49,548 bases of DNA from Candidatus Undinarchaeales archaeon (GTDB lineage Archaea; SpSt-1190; JASMDC01), in NCBI GenBank assembly GCA_030753015.1, contig JASMDC010000026.1, forward strand, positions 1-49,548. Direction: 5' to 3'. Of this stretch, positions 8,821-17,856 are shown in pieces (the stretch's first letter is position 1; each line of letters opens with the position of its first letter). The notes below the pieces were generated by a model. It saw nothing but the letters and a program-made list of their open reading frames with translations. It had not been told where the DNA came from and did not search any database. Both the position numbers and the translations under genes were made by a program.

Positions 8821-9057
8821 GTGGACGAGCTTGTCATAATCATACTAGTACTGGCCATAGTGTTCGGGCTGTCCACGGGTCAGATCCTTGTCATACTGGA
8901 GATAACGCTCAAGTTCTTTGCTGTCTTTGCCGTGATCTGGCTGACCTATTCGTTCTTCGTCCTCGGGAGCTCCGATGGTGATGAGGACGAAGAGGGCTGG
9001 TGGGGCAAGCGGCGTCAGAACGAGCAGGATCAAGGGGGAGTGGAGCACGTCAACTGA
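8821..9057 (+). CDS. Small two-TM membrane protein
   Basis: Two hydrophobic helices, then a charged tail. GTG 8821 follows TTTAAT at 8794-8799. The ORF-track start at 8761 would run over the speD promoter. Confidence 0.7.
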   Translation: MDELVIIILVLAIVFGLSTGQILVILEITLKFFAVFAVIWLTYSFFVLGSSDGDEDEEGWWGKRRQNEQDQGGVEHVN

Positions 9058-9235
9058 GACCTGTGCCGTCTGTAGTGCCCCCGTAAAAGAGCGCCGGGGA
9101 AAGGTGCAGGGTACCCATGTCAAACTCCCAGGTAAGAGGACGTTCTTTATAGTCTGCTCCGGATGTCAATCCCGGTTGCGCTCGCGTGTGGGTGACCGGC
9201 ACATAAAGGACGAGGTACTCAGAGACCTCGAGTAA
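8975..9235 (+). CDS. Small zinc-finger-like protein (CAVC...CSGC); start uncertain
   Basis: Two CxxC pairs. The N-terminal extension overlaps the upstream gene, and an SD-like GGGGGAG sits at 9034-9040. Confidence 0.6.
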   Translation: MVMRTKRAGGASGVRTSRIKGEWSTSTETCAVCSAPVKERRGKVQGTHVKLPGKRTFFIVCSGCQSRLRSRVGDRHIKDEVLRDLE

Positions 9236-9404
9236 GGTCACCGTTCCCTGTGATAGGTCTTATTGGAACCGATAATGGAAAGGATTTGTCATCTATATCC
9301 GTGACTATCAGAAGGATTGGGTCCGGGTCAGCAAGGGGGCCTGTCGACCTTCCGACATGCTTAAAACCTTGAGCATGTAGGTCGACGATGACGTTCGGGG
9401 AGAG

Positions 9405-10169
9405 ATGACTATGGGTTTGGTAGAAGGCGTGATCCAGGGAGAAACAGTCACGTATGAGATCGCCCGCAAGATCACATCACGGAACTGGTCACGTTTCTTC
9501 CTCTTTCTCTTCATCGGGCTCATCTTTCTGGGCGCGCGCGGTGTCCCCCAGCTCATCGGACTTGTATTTATCCTCCATTCCTTCACAAACCTATGGGGCA
9601 CCCGTCGGGTACCGATGGTAGTATGTACGGACCGCGCCTTCTACCTTCGCAACCGTGTCGAGGACGATAAGATGCGGCGCATGTCCTACAAGCATCTGGC
9701 CGATTCCTTCCTCATCTCGCAACAAAAGAACAACAAGATCGTCCAGGTGGTCAATATCGTGACGGATTCAGGTGACCGCCTGTCCTTCACAAGCAACAAG
9801 ACCGAAACTGCGGCCGACGTAGTCTCATGCCTCAAAGCGAACATAAAGGCTGCCACGGGCCACCGGGTGGTTGAAAAGACGATCATAGAGCGTGAGCGTA
9901 TCATCGAGAAGGCGGCCTCGACCCCCAAGGCAGGAGCGGGTAAGGGATCCAACCGATGCTCCTACTGCGGTGCCACGTTCGTGCGCAAGATGTCCTCATG
10001 CCCACATTGTGGAGCGGACCTCACGAGCGAGGAGGACAGTAAGGCCGGAGAGAAGGGAAAGGACGATGTCGAAGCGAAGTTGACCAAGCTGCGGAAGCTC
10101 CATGATAAGGGTCTTGTGAGCGACGAGAGCTTCAAGAAGAAGGAACAGCAACTTCTGGACAAGCTCTAG
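9405..10169 (+). CDS. Membrane protein with two TM helices, a PH-like domain, a zinc ribbon and a C-terminal SHOCT domain
   Basis: TM hairpin, CSYC-x10-CPHC ribbon and SHOCT-like KLTKLRKLHDKGLVSDESFKKKEQQLL. Confidence 0.82.
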   Translation: MTMGLVEGVIQGETVTYEIARKITSRNWSRFFLFLFIGLIFLGARGVPQLIGLVFILHSFTNLWGTRRVPMVVCTDRAFYLRNRVEDDKMRRMSYKHLADSFLISQQKNNKIVQVVNIVTDSGDRLSFTSNKTETAADVVSCLKANIKAATGHRVVEKTIIERERIIEKAASTPKAGAGKGSNRCSYCGATFVRKMSSCPHCGADLTSEEDSKAGEKGKDDVEAKLTKLRKLHDKGLVSDESFKKKEQQLLDKL

Positions 10170-10260
10170 GTCAGATTACGCCGTCGCGGATAATCGGCCC
10201 CCATCACCCTCACACCATTGGTTTATATCTCTGCACCGTGATACGTTAAAGGGATAATCC

Positions 10261-12213
10261 GTGACCCGGAGCATGGTCGCACCACTTTCGTGGGGGGATC
10301 CACATCCTGTCAAATGGACCCTCTCGCTACACCGGCTCTTGTTCCTAGCTATAATACTCCTGCTCACGTTATCATCAGCCGCTCGTCCAGAGACAGTACG
10401 GACGGACTGGGGATTCGAGCTCGCGGGCAACAAGATTGTCCATGTGGTCCAGGTCGTGAACATCACTTCTCCGGAGCGCTCAGGCTTCTTGGACGTCGCC
10501 GACATAACCGTCCCGTTCCCTATGGAGGAGGCAACGCTCGTCGCCTACGATCTGGAGGGTGTTCTCAATGCGACGGTCGAACCATTCCTCGAGGGATATA
10601 CGACATCCCTTGTGCTTCGTGAACCTCTCTTTCCTGATCACTATCTGGTGATGGCCACTGAGTATGATGTGCCCATCGAGCTCGAGGACGAGAGCGGAGG
10701 ATGGTTGTTCAGCGGCCTTGTCGCGACGGGATCCCTTGGAGAGGTCCGATTCGACATGCCCTCAGGTGTTCCTGACGATTTCGCGACCTTCGATGACCGT
10801 GTCATCGTTGATTATAATGCTTCCTCCCTATTGCTCATCCATCCGATAGGCATAGAGCCCAACATAACCCTTGGGACGGGATTGCGCATCACTTTCGTGG
10901 GAATCGAACGCGAACTGGCATTCCATCTCAAATGGACGCCTCCTGTCGGGAGCGTGGTAGTTCCTGTAGCAACATCGACGCCTTCACCCCCGTCAGCGAC
11001 CTGTTCGATCGAGGACGGAGCAACGTGCGAGACGTCAGATGCCTGCGCATGTGGTGTGGGTGGTACATGCGATATCGGGGATTCCCGAGCGGACTCACGT
11101 GGATGTGTTCTCACCGACGATGGCTGCGATCCTACCAAAGGCCAGAGCTGCATGAACTCGACCATGTGTGCATGCCCTGAAGGATACTCTTGTGAATCGA
11201 ACGATACACGTGCCGATCCTCGGGGCTGTTTCGAGCGCAGGTGTGATGATGCGGTTTGTGACGTCGCACTTCACGAATGCGAGCTCGGATGTTCGGAGTG
11301 TACCTGGCTTGACTGTCATGAGGACACCCGATGCAACCTTGCAGCCAAAGAGAATTGTACTAACACACCAGAGCAGTGCGCCTGTCCGGAAGGATGGACC
11401 TGTGATCCAGGGAACGTGTTTGCAACCGACAAGGGTTGTTTCAGTGGGGAATGTGGCGATGGTTCATGTGACAAGGATGGGGGAGAGTGCGCGGCCGGCT
11501 GCCCTGACTGTTCCGCCGATGACTGTCGGGGTGACGGAGACTGCTCCAAGGGGGTCGGGGAGGACTGCAAGAACTCGGTGGACTGTCGTTGCCCTGAAGG
11601 GATGACCTGTGACTCTGAGAAAAGGGCGTGCATAGCATCAATCAGGGCGCGCGGATGGCTCACGACAGACCTCAATGATATCACGGTGAGCGTTCTCAAA
11701 GGCGATAGTGAGCGTATCTCGTTCGATCTTAAGAACACGGGCGATGAAGCGGTGAGCGCGTCCATCTTGCTTTCGGGAGATGTTCGTGGGATGGTGTCAT
11801 TGGAGAACGCAGCGATAGAGGTTCCTCCCGGTGAGAGCGTGACGGTGGAGATGGTGGTCGAGGCAGGTGAAAATGCTACCACAGGAGTGGTCAAGGGAGC
11901 CGTGAACGTTCGGGCGACCTACGGAGCGAGGTCGCTTGTACTATCGTTCACCATCACTGTCCTCGATGAGAGCGCAACAGGTGATACAGGAGCAGGTATG
12001 ATGAGCGGAGTACCGCTTGTTGCCATCATCGTGGTCAGCGCTTTACTTATACTGGGAGTCGCTGCACGACGTATGCATGCGACGGGTAAGGGACGATCGA
12101 GCACGGCCGCAGCAGTTTCCATGCCTGGAGCGACCTACGAAGCACAACGTCCTGCCTATTACTACCCGAGACAGTCATACTACTCCAACTATCGCATGTA
12201 TCAGGGGCGGTGA
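10261..12213 (+). CDS. Secreted, membrane-anchored Cys-rich surface protein with an Ig-like (NEW3/CARDB-like) domain
   Basis: Signal peptide (LLFLAIILLLTLSSAA), beta-rich domain, PT linker, Cys repeats (CACPEG..C...ADxRGC, CGDGSC), LKNTGD Ig-like domain, C-terminal TM and a Tyr-rich tail. Confidence 0.85.
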   Translation: MTRSMVAPLSWGDPHPVKWTLSLHRLLFLAIILLLTLSSAARPETVRTDWGFELAGNKIVHVVQVVNITSPERSGFLDVADITVPFPMEEATLVAYDLEGVLNATVEPFLEGYTTSLVLREPLFPDHYLVMATEYDVPIELEDESGGWLFSGLVATGSLGEVRFDMPSGVPDDFATFDDRVIVDYNASSLLLIHPIGIEPNITLGTGLRITFVGIERELAFHLKWTPPVGSVVVPVATSTPSPPSATCSIEDGATCETSDACACGVGGTCDIGDSRADSRGCVLTDDGCDPTKGQSCMNSTMCACPEGYSCESNDTRADPRGCFERRCDDAVCDVALHECELGCSECTWLDCHEDTRCNLAAKENCTNTPEQCACPEGWTCDPGNVFATDKGCFSGECGDGSCDKDGGECAAGCPDCSADDCRGDGDCSKGVGEDCKNSVDCRCPEGMTCDSEKRACIASIRARGWLTTDLNDITVSVLKGDSERISFDLKNTGDEAVSASILLSGDVRGMVSLENAAIEVPPGESVTVEMVVEAGENATTGVVKGAVNVRATYGARSLVLSFTITVLDESATGDTGAGMMSGVPLVAIIVVSALLILGVAARRMHATGKGRSSTAAAVSMPGATYEAQRPAYYYPRQSYYSNYRMYQGR

Positions 12214-13307
12214 CGTGGCCGGGGGAAAAGCTGATAATGATGATGCGTAAAGGAGAGCCGATGGCGGTGATTGTGGGCATTGTGGATTATTTTCGTGCCA
12301 TGTGCCTTGTCACCGTATTGGGTCTTCTGTTGGCGACTCCTGTCCTTGCGAGCGAGACCGTCGTCCGCATGGACTGGGAGCTCATTATCCATCCCGACGG
12401 CATGGTGCATGTCATACAGGTCGCGAACGTCACAGTGGCCGCTCCGGACGAAATACTTTCGGACATAATCTTCACCGTCCCGTGGGATGTGGATGATGAG
12501 GGTCTCATTGCATTCGATCATACCGCTGCCTCGGCCGTGCCAGTGGTCATCGAACCCCTTCCATCCGGGAATGTGGCCATACTCTCACTGGACTCACCTT
12601 TGGTTTACGGCGAGCACCGTGTGCTCTGGATCGAGTATGACACTGTTCAACCGACCACGAAACAGGGCGCGTCCTGGACGTTCTCCACTACCATCCCCGT
12701 GGTAGGGGGTTCGACTGTCGTAGTTTCGCTCCCCGAGGGTGCCGCTATGGAGAGCGTGACGAGTGATACTCCACCAACGCGCATATCGGACATCAACGGT
12801 TCATTGAGCGTTCGGTGGGACGAGCTTGAAGGCGACCGTTTCGCGATAGGGCTTGGGTACATGACACGTGTTCGTGATGAACCATTAGTGCCAGTACCTT
12901 CGAATACACCCACAACTCCGCACGCGACGACGCCCCCGACCGGGACCTCACGTCCTGTAGCATCATCCGCTGCGGTCCCGTCGATTACCTCTTGGACACC
13001 GGTACCCTACGAACTGGTCCTTTTTGTGGCAGCGTTGTTCATTCTAATCATAGTACCCCGTGTATGGCGCGCCGGCGGTCCGTTACAACGGGTGTACTCG
13101 ATACTCAATGAACGAGAGCGGCTCATCGTCGACCTTCTATGGGAGGAGACGGGTCCGCTTAGCCAAGTCACCATCGGACGTAGGACAGGGCTCTCCACAT
13201 CCACGGTATCGAACATCGCCAGAGAGCTCGAGATACGGGGCATACTTGAGCGGATAAAAGAAGGGAAGCACGTCAGGGTGACCCTCGCTAGGGAATATCG
13301 TCGGTGA
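12210..13307 (+). CDS. Membrane-anchored winged-HTH regulator with an extracellular domain (COG2512-like); start may be ATG 12261 or 12300
   Basis: Signal peptide, ectodomain, PT-rich linker and TM, then LNERERLIVDLL...LSQVTIGRRTGLSTSTVSNIARELEIRGILER wHTH. GTGA overlap with the upstream gene. Confidence 0.85.
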   Translation: MTWPGEKLIMMMRKGEPMAVIVGIVDYFRAMCLVTVLGLLLATPVLASETVVRMDWELIIHPDGMVHVIQVANVTVAAPDEILSDIIFTVPWDVDDEGLIAFDHTAASAVPVVIEPLPSGNVAILSLDSPLVYGEHRVLWIEYDTVQPTTKQGASWTFSTTIPVVGGSTVVVSLPEGAAMESVTSDTPPTRISDINGSLSVRWDELEGDRFAIGLGYMTRVRDEPLVPVPSNTPTTPHATTPPTGTSRPVASSAAVPSITSWTPVPYELVLFVAALFILIIVPRVWRAGGPLQRVYSILNERERLIVDLLWEETGPLSQVTIGRRTGLSTSTVSNIARELEIRGILERIKEGKHVRVTLAREYRR

Positions 13308-13407
13308 AACCAGCGAACGGATCGCTCCGCACCGTCCAATCCACTTCTCGTACCGTCCACACCAATCTACTTGAACCGGAACGGTCATACCATATTGGGG
13401 ACTGGTA

Positions 13408-16400
13408 ATGGTTGGTATAATCACCACTAGAGTAAGAGCTGTAATTCTAGCGCTGGTGTTGTGCACTACACTCACGAGCGCAGTGAGCCTCTTGGATGTC
13501 ATTGAGCCGGTTCGGAGCACAGTGGTCGCACGAGATGTATCATTCGGGCTCATGAACGATTCCGATGAGGCAGCACTCCTGGACAATGTAGGCCAGAACT
13601 CGCTCGTGCAGGCGTTCTTCGAGGGTCTTGGCTCCCAGGGTATCCCGGTCGATGACCTGAAGCCCCGGGTATCGCGGACCATATCACGACGGACGTCTAC
13701 CGGAGAACAGCGTACAGTCAACGTATACTATCGACTTCGAATGGATGGGGACGTCCACGTGTTCATCCGGATCACGGTGGCCATCCATCAAGATACGATC
13801 GAGGTCCTGACCCTCTCCTTCAGGAAGCAACGCAGCTCTCTCCTAGAGAAGGCACCTCTCGATCTCCCAAAGGTATCGAAGGTGGACGAGGCACTCATGC
13901 AGAACATCACTACAACTGCCTTAGGCCATCCGAAGCTTGGACCGATCGCTGACAACCTCCTCGATGCGGAGCTGTATAAGGTCTATGCGCCCCCGTTCGT
14001 CAAAGATGGAACCGTCTCTCTCGGATTCATACCCATCGAGGGCCGATGCCGTCTTCCAGTGAAAAAGGATGAGCTCAAAGGATTGTTCTCCAAGAGGATG
14101 AGAATCTGTGATGATTGCTTGTGTCCCACAGATGAGAAACCAGTATGTGGCGAGGACTGGATCACATACGCGAATCCATGCCTCGCAAGATGCGCAGGTG
14201 TTGATGTGAGGTATGGTGGACGGTGCAAGAGCGATTGTGGGATCTACGGGACGATTCTTGTGGACATGGATATTGAGACGATGAAGGTCACACGTGTACG
14301 TATCAAGGATGTCAAGGCCATACCCTTCGGACCGGTACTCAAGTGCAAAGCGCAGGAATGCAGCGACACCCTCGTACGGTACACGAAGACCGCAAAGACA
14401 GTCGTAGGGGACCTTCATGTGGTCAGGGACGGGCTCGACCGGCTCGGGCAGGAGAAGCTGAGCAATATTATCGGGGACGACATCTCAGTGCTATCGAGGA
14501 CGTTTAACATTGACCTTGAATGCACAGAGGATTCGGAGTGCGGATTCTCTGCATGCGGCTGTAAGTGTAGTTCACGCCCCAAGGACACGGACCCGTTACG
14601 TCCATTGATGGAATGTGCACAGTTCTGCCCCGTGCGCTACTCCTGTGCCTGCATACAAGGGAAGTGCGTCAACCAGAACAAGATTTGCGTGTGTCCCAAG
14701 ATCTACAAACCCGTTTGCGGTGTCAATGGGAAGACGTATTCGAACGAGTGCAACGCTGATTGCGCTGGAGTAAAGATTGCACACGATGGGAAGTGTAGCC
14801 AGGACGTGTGCATAGGCAATATCGGGCTTGTGCAGGGTATCGAATCATTAGAGGGAGCTGTTACCAAGCATGTCATTACCTGTAAGAACTCGGATGGGAA
14901 CGCTGAGCAAGCGTACACATCGCTCATCAAGCTCGGTGACGACGATGCATTCCTCAAGACGACGTACTTCGATCCACGATCCGATGTCAAGTCCTCTATT
15001 GGTGGCGCTGCGAAGCTAGTGACGATCGTCACATGTCTCAGCCAGGTCCGCATCGAGCGGCTGAACAGAGCTGTCGCGGCGAACCAGACGAAAGATGGGA
15101 TCCAGTACGCTGACGTTGAATTCATCTCACCACAAGTACTGGGGCTCATCGACGTGCACGTGACTTCGGTCACGTGTTCATCGAACCTCATCGACGCCCA
15201 GTTCATCGAACCTTCCTTCTGCGAGGTGAACGATCAGTGCGTCAGGCAGCGGTCCTGCTGTGAGTGTGGGAAACCGACTTATGTGAACAAGTATCACTTG
15301 CAGGACAGGTTCTGCCTCCTGCAGTGCGACTGCATATCCCCACCCAATGAACGCTATGTTGGAGTCTGCAGGGAGAACCAGTGCGAGACCCTCGTCGTGC
15401 AGGACGAGCGGTTCTGTTCGACCCAATCGGACTGCCATCTACAGACGGACTGCTGTGGTCTGCAGGCGAAGTGCATCAACCGACAACTGTTCATCGGGAG
15501 GCCTGACTGTAGCGGAATACTCTGTCCTGCAATATACATGGAACCGCAGAAATGCGTATGCCGGGATAACACTTGTTCCATCACCGAGCTCAACGCATGC
15601 ATAAATGACGACGAGTGCCGTCATCTAAAATGCCCCGATCCCCTATGTGAGGACGGTGTGTGTGAGTGCGCCGGTCCCGGTACTACTGAGTGTGGGAACA
15701 AGAAATGTGAGAAGGGGGAGGAGCTGGATTGCAAGGACTGCGCAGGTCAGCTCTTTGTAACACTCCTCAACCGTGACAGGGCGACGCTCAACGAGCGGAT
15801 TGACATCGCAGCCTATTACAGCACTATTTTCAACGAGACGCTCGCGCGTGGGACCTGCTCCATGAACGTGGAAGTACTTGTACCTCTTCTTAAGGTACAG
15901 GAGGCGGACACACCACGAGAGGTGTTCTCCACATCGATCGCTGAGCTGGATACGATGGGGATCAAAGCGGCCGCATCTCCCGAGATGGTGGACCGTTCGC
16001 TCTTGCAAGGTATCCCCATGGTCTTCGATAAAGAACGCAAGGCGTTCATCGGCACGTACATCCCGGATCGATACGGCGTCCACTACATTACGGTGACATG
16101 CTTCCTCGATCCTCGAGCACCGATGATTGAAAAGGAAAAGTTGCTCGTAGAGATGAACCAATGCCAGCAGGAAGGTGGCCACTGCATCAATTTCCAGTCC
16201 TCGTGTAAGTTTGGGTACGGCGATGCCGATTTCCAGGGGTGTGCTTCGAAGTCGGAGAAATGCTGTGTCCCACGCATTGTGAAGACCTGTAACGAGGAGT
16301 GTACCGAGGAGGGATATACAGGCGGTAAATGTCGGACATGGCCGGTCATCCCCGATGTGGAGGCCTGTCTTGATGGTGAGACCCTGATCAAGTCAGAAGA

Positions 16401-17775
16401 GTGTCGGATTACGGAGGGACTCGTAGGCTTTGGCACAGGCTGTTGCTGCAAAGAGAAGGGCGAGCCTTGCATATGCCCGTCGTTATACGCCCCTATATGC
16501 GGGACCGATGGAAAGACCTACGCGAACAACTGCACCCTGTTCTGCGAGGGTGTTGGCATCCTTCACCCGGGCCCCTGTGCGGAGGACTGCATAGATGAGT
16601 GCGGAAATGACGAGCTGTGCATCCGGAAGTGCAAATGTGGTGTCGAGTGTCGGGACCGTATCCAGTGTTTCAAGGCGCCCTGCCCGCTCGGTCCCATCGA
16701 TAATGGATGTATGGAGAGATGCGTCGGTGCTGAGAAGGTCAAATGTGTGTTCCGTGGATCGAGTACGCTCCAGGAATGCTATTCCATGAGAGCCTTATGC
16801 AAGGGGATAGAAACGTGCACAGTCGCGTTCCTCGGCAATCATGGAGAGAACGTCACGTGGAAGAGCTCGTGCGGTGGCTACGCTTTCTCCATCGTGGACG
16901 GCCAGCCCGATATTGTCGAGTTCGACTGTGGTCCGAGCTGTACACCTGAAGGTGAGATGAACCTCTTTGGAAAACCACCCTGCTGCGATGGATTGACTGG
17001 GATCGACAATGCGTTCCCTGTAGGCGATGATTGCCTAGCTACCGATAACGGGGCGGGATACTGCACGAAGTGCGGTGACGGGACATGTGGACCCGGTGAG
17101 AACAGGTGTAACTGCGAGAGGGACTGTTCCTGTCCACCTTGCCCCATGTACTCCCCACCACATCCTGACTGGTGCAAGGACGGGAGGGTAGAGACCACTA
17201 AGGACGATTGCGGCTGCTCGAGCTTCCGATGTGTCAAGGATGGGGACTGTGCCAAGGAAGGTGAGAAATATTCCAAAGTGTTCACGGACGACTACCCGGA
17301 CCGTTGCTGCGACGGCCTGACAGCTTGGGAGTCGGGCATGGACACACGGAAGGTCAACAACGGGAAGTGCGTGGAGACCAATCTGTTATCGGGAAGCCCC
17401 GTCGGTACGTGCATCAACTGCGGGAACGGTGAGTGCGAGGAGAACGAGAACATATGCAACTGCCCCACGGACTGCGAATGTGGACCTTGCCCCATGCTCG
17501 ATGCGCCGCTCGGCGGTTTCTGTCCGGATGGAGGGAGCGCTGTATTCAAGTATGACAAGTGCGGGTGCACGGCCGGTTATGAATGTAAGGACGTCGTCTG
17601 CACCGATACACTGGGACAGAGGGAGTGTGCTGCTGCTGGAGGACAGTATGACGGGTGTCCCATGCCACGTTGCCCCGCTGGGGTGGCGTGCACGCAAGTA
17701 TGCGGTCCACCGGTATGCCTCTGTCTAATCGTGGATGACCATGTGGTCGAGCCGTACCTTCCATCCAAGGGATAG
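13408..17775 (+). CDS. Large secreted Cys-rich multidomain protein with three Kazal-type protease-inhibitor domains
   Basis: Signal peptide; Kazal motifs CP....P[VI]CG..[GW].TY.N.C...C at ~14116-14226, ~14686-14796 and ~16468-16578; many further small Cys modules; no C-terminal TM. Confidence 0.9.
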   Translation: MVGIITTRVRAVILALVLCTTLTSAVSLLDVIEPVRSTVVARDVSFGLMNDSDEAALLDNVGQNSLVQAFFEGLGSQGIPVDDLKPRVSRTISRRTSTGEQRTVNVYYRLRMDGDVHVFIRITVAIHQDTIEVLTLSFRKQRSSLLEKAPLDLPKVSKVDEALMQNITTTALGHPKLGPIADNLLDAELYKVYAPPFVKDGTVSLGFIPIEGRCRLPVKKDELKGLFSKRMRICDDCLCPTDEKPVCGEDWITYANPCLARCAGVDVRYGGRCKSDCGIYGTILVDMDIETMKVTRVRIKDVKAIPFGPVLKCKAQECSDTLVRYTKTAKTVVGDLHVVRDGLDRLGQEKLSNIIGDDISVLSRTFNIDLECTEDSECGFSACGCKCSSRPKDTDPLRPLMECAQFCPVRYSCACIQGKCVNQNKICVCPKIYKPVCGVNGKTYSNECNADCAGVKIAHDGKCSQDVCIGNIGLVQGIESLEGAVTKHVITCKNSDGNAEQAYTSLIKLGDDDAFLKTTYFDPRSDVKSSIGGAAKLVTIVTCLSQVRIERLNRAVAANQTKDGIQYADVEFISPQVLGLIDVHVTSVTCSSNLIDAQFIEPSFCEVNDQCVRQRSCCECGKPTYVNKYHLQDRFCLLQCDCISPPNERYVGVCRENQCETLVVQDERFCSTQSDCHLQTDCCGLQAKCINRQLFIGRPDCSGILCPAIYMEPQKCVCRDNTCSITELNACINDDECRHLKCPDPLCEDGVCECAGPGTTECGNKKCEKGEELDCKDCAGQLFVTLLNRDRATLNERIDIAAYYSTIFNETLARGTCSMNVEVLVPLLKVQEADTPREVFSTSIAELDTMGIKAAASPEMVDRSLLQGIPMVFDKERKAFIGTYIPDRYGVHYITVTCFLDPRAPMIEKEKLLVEMNQCQQEGGHCINFQSSCKFGYGDADFQGCASKSEKCCVPRIVKTCNEECTEEGYTGGKCRTWPVIPDVEACLDGETLIKSEECRITEGLVGFGTGCCCKEKGEPCICPSLYAPICGTDGKTYANNCTLFCEGVGILHPGPCAEDCIDECGNDELCIRKCKCGVECRDRIQCFKAPCPLGPIDNGCMERCVGAEKVKCVFRGSSTLQECYSMRALCKGIETCTVAFLGNHGENVTWKSSCGGYAFSIVDGQPDIVEFDCGPSCTPEGEMNLFGKPPCCDGLTGIDNAFPVGDDCLATDNGAGYCTKCGDGTCGPGENRCNCERDCSCPPCPMYSPPHPDWCKDGRVETTKDDCGCSSFRCVKDGDCAKEGEKYSKVFTDDYPDRCCDGLTAWESGMDTRKVNNGKCVETNLLSGSPVGTCINCGNGECEENENICNCPTDCECGPCPMLDAPLGGFCPDGGSAVFKYDKCGCTAGYECKDVVCTDTLGQRECAAAGGQYDGCPMPRCPAGVACTQVCGPPVCLCLIVDDHVVEPYLPSKG

Positions 17776-17827
17776 AAAGTGGCGTTGACCCGGGATGAGG
17801 GTGCCTCTTCGCCCTCCAGGTCAACTA

Positions 17828-17835
17828 TTTATATC
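17828..17835 (+). promoter_or_regulatory. TATA box heading the giant-protein operon
   Basis: TTTATATC ends ~22 nt before ATG 17857. Confidence 0.65.
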
Positions 17836-17856
17836 TACGTCGGCAGGTTCGTTGCG

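Noticed and set aside
8761-8876. ORF-track starts for speD (8876) and the small membrane gene (8761), implying a head-to-head overlap
   Set aside because: GTG starts at 8750 (-) and 8821 (+) each have a correctly spaced TATA-like box and remove the overlap.
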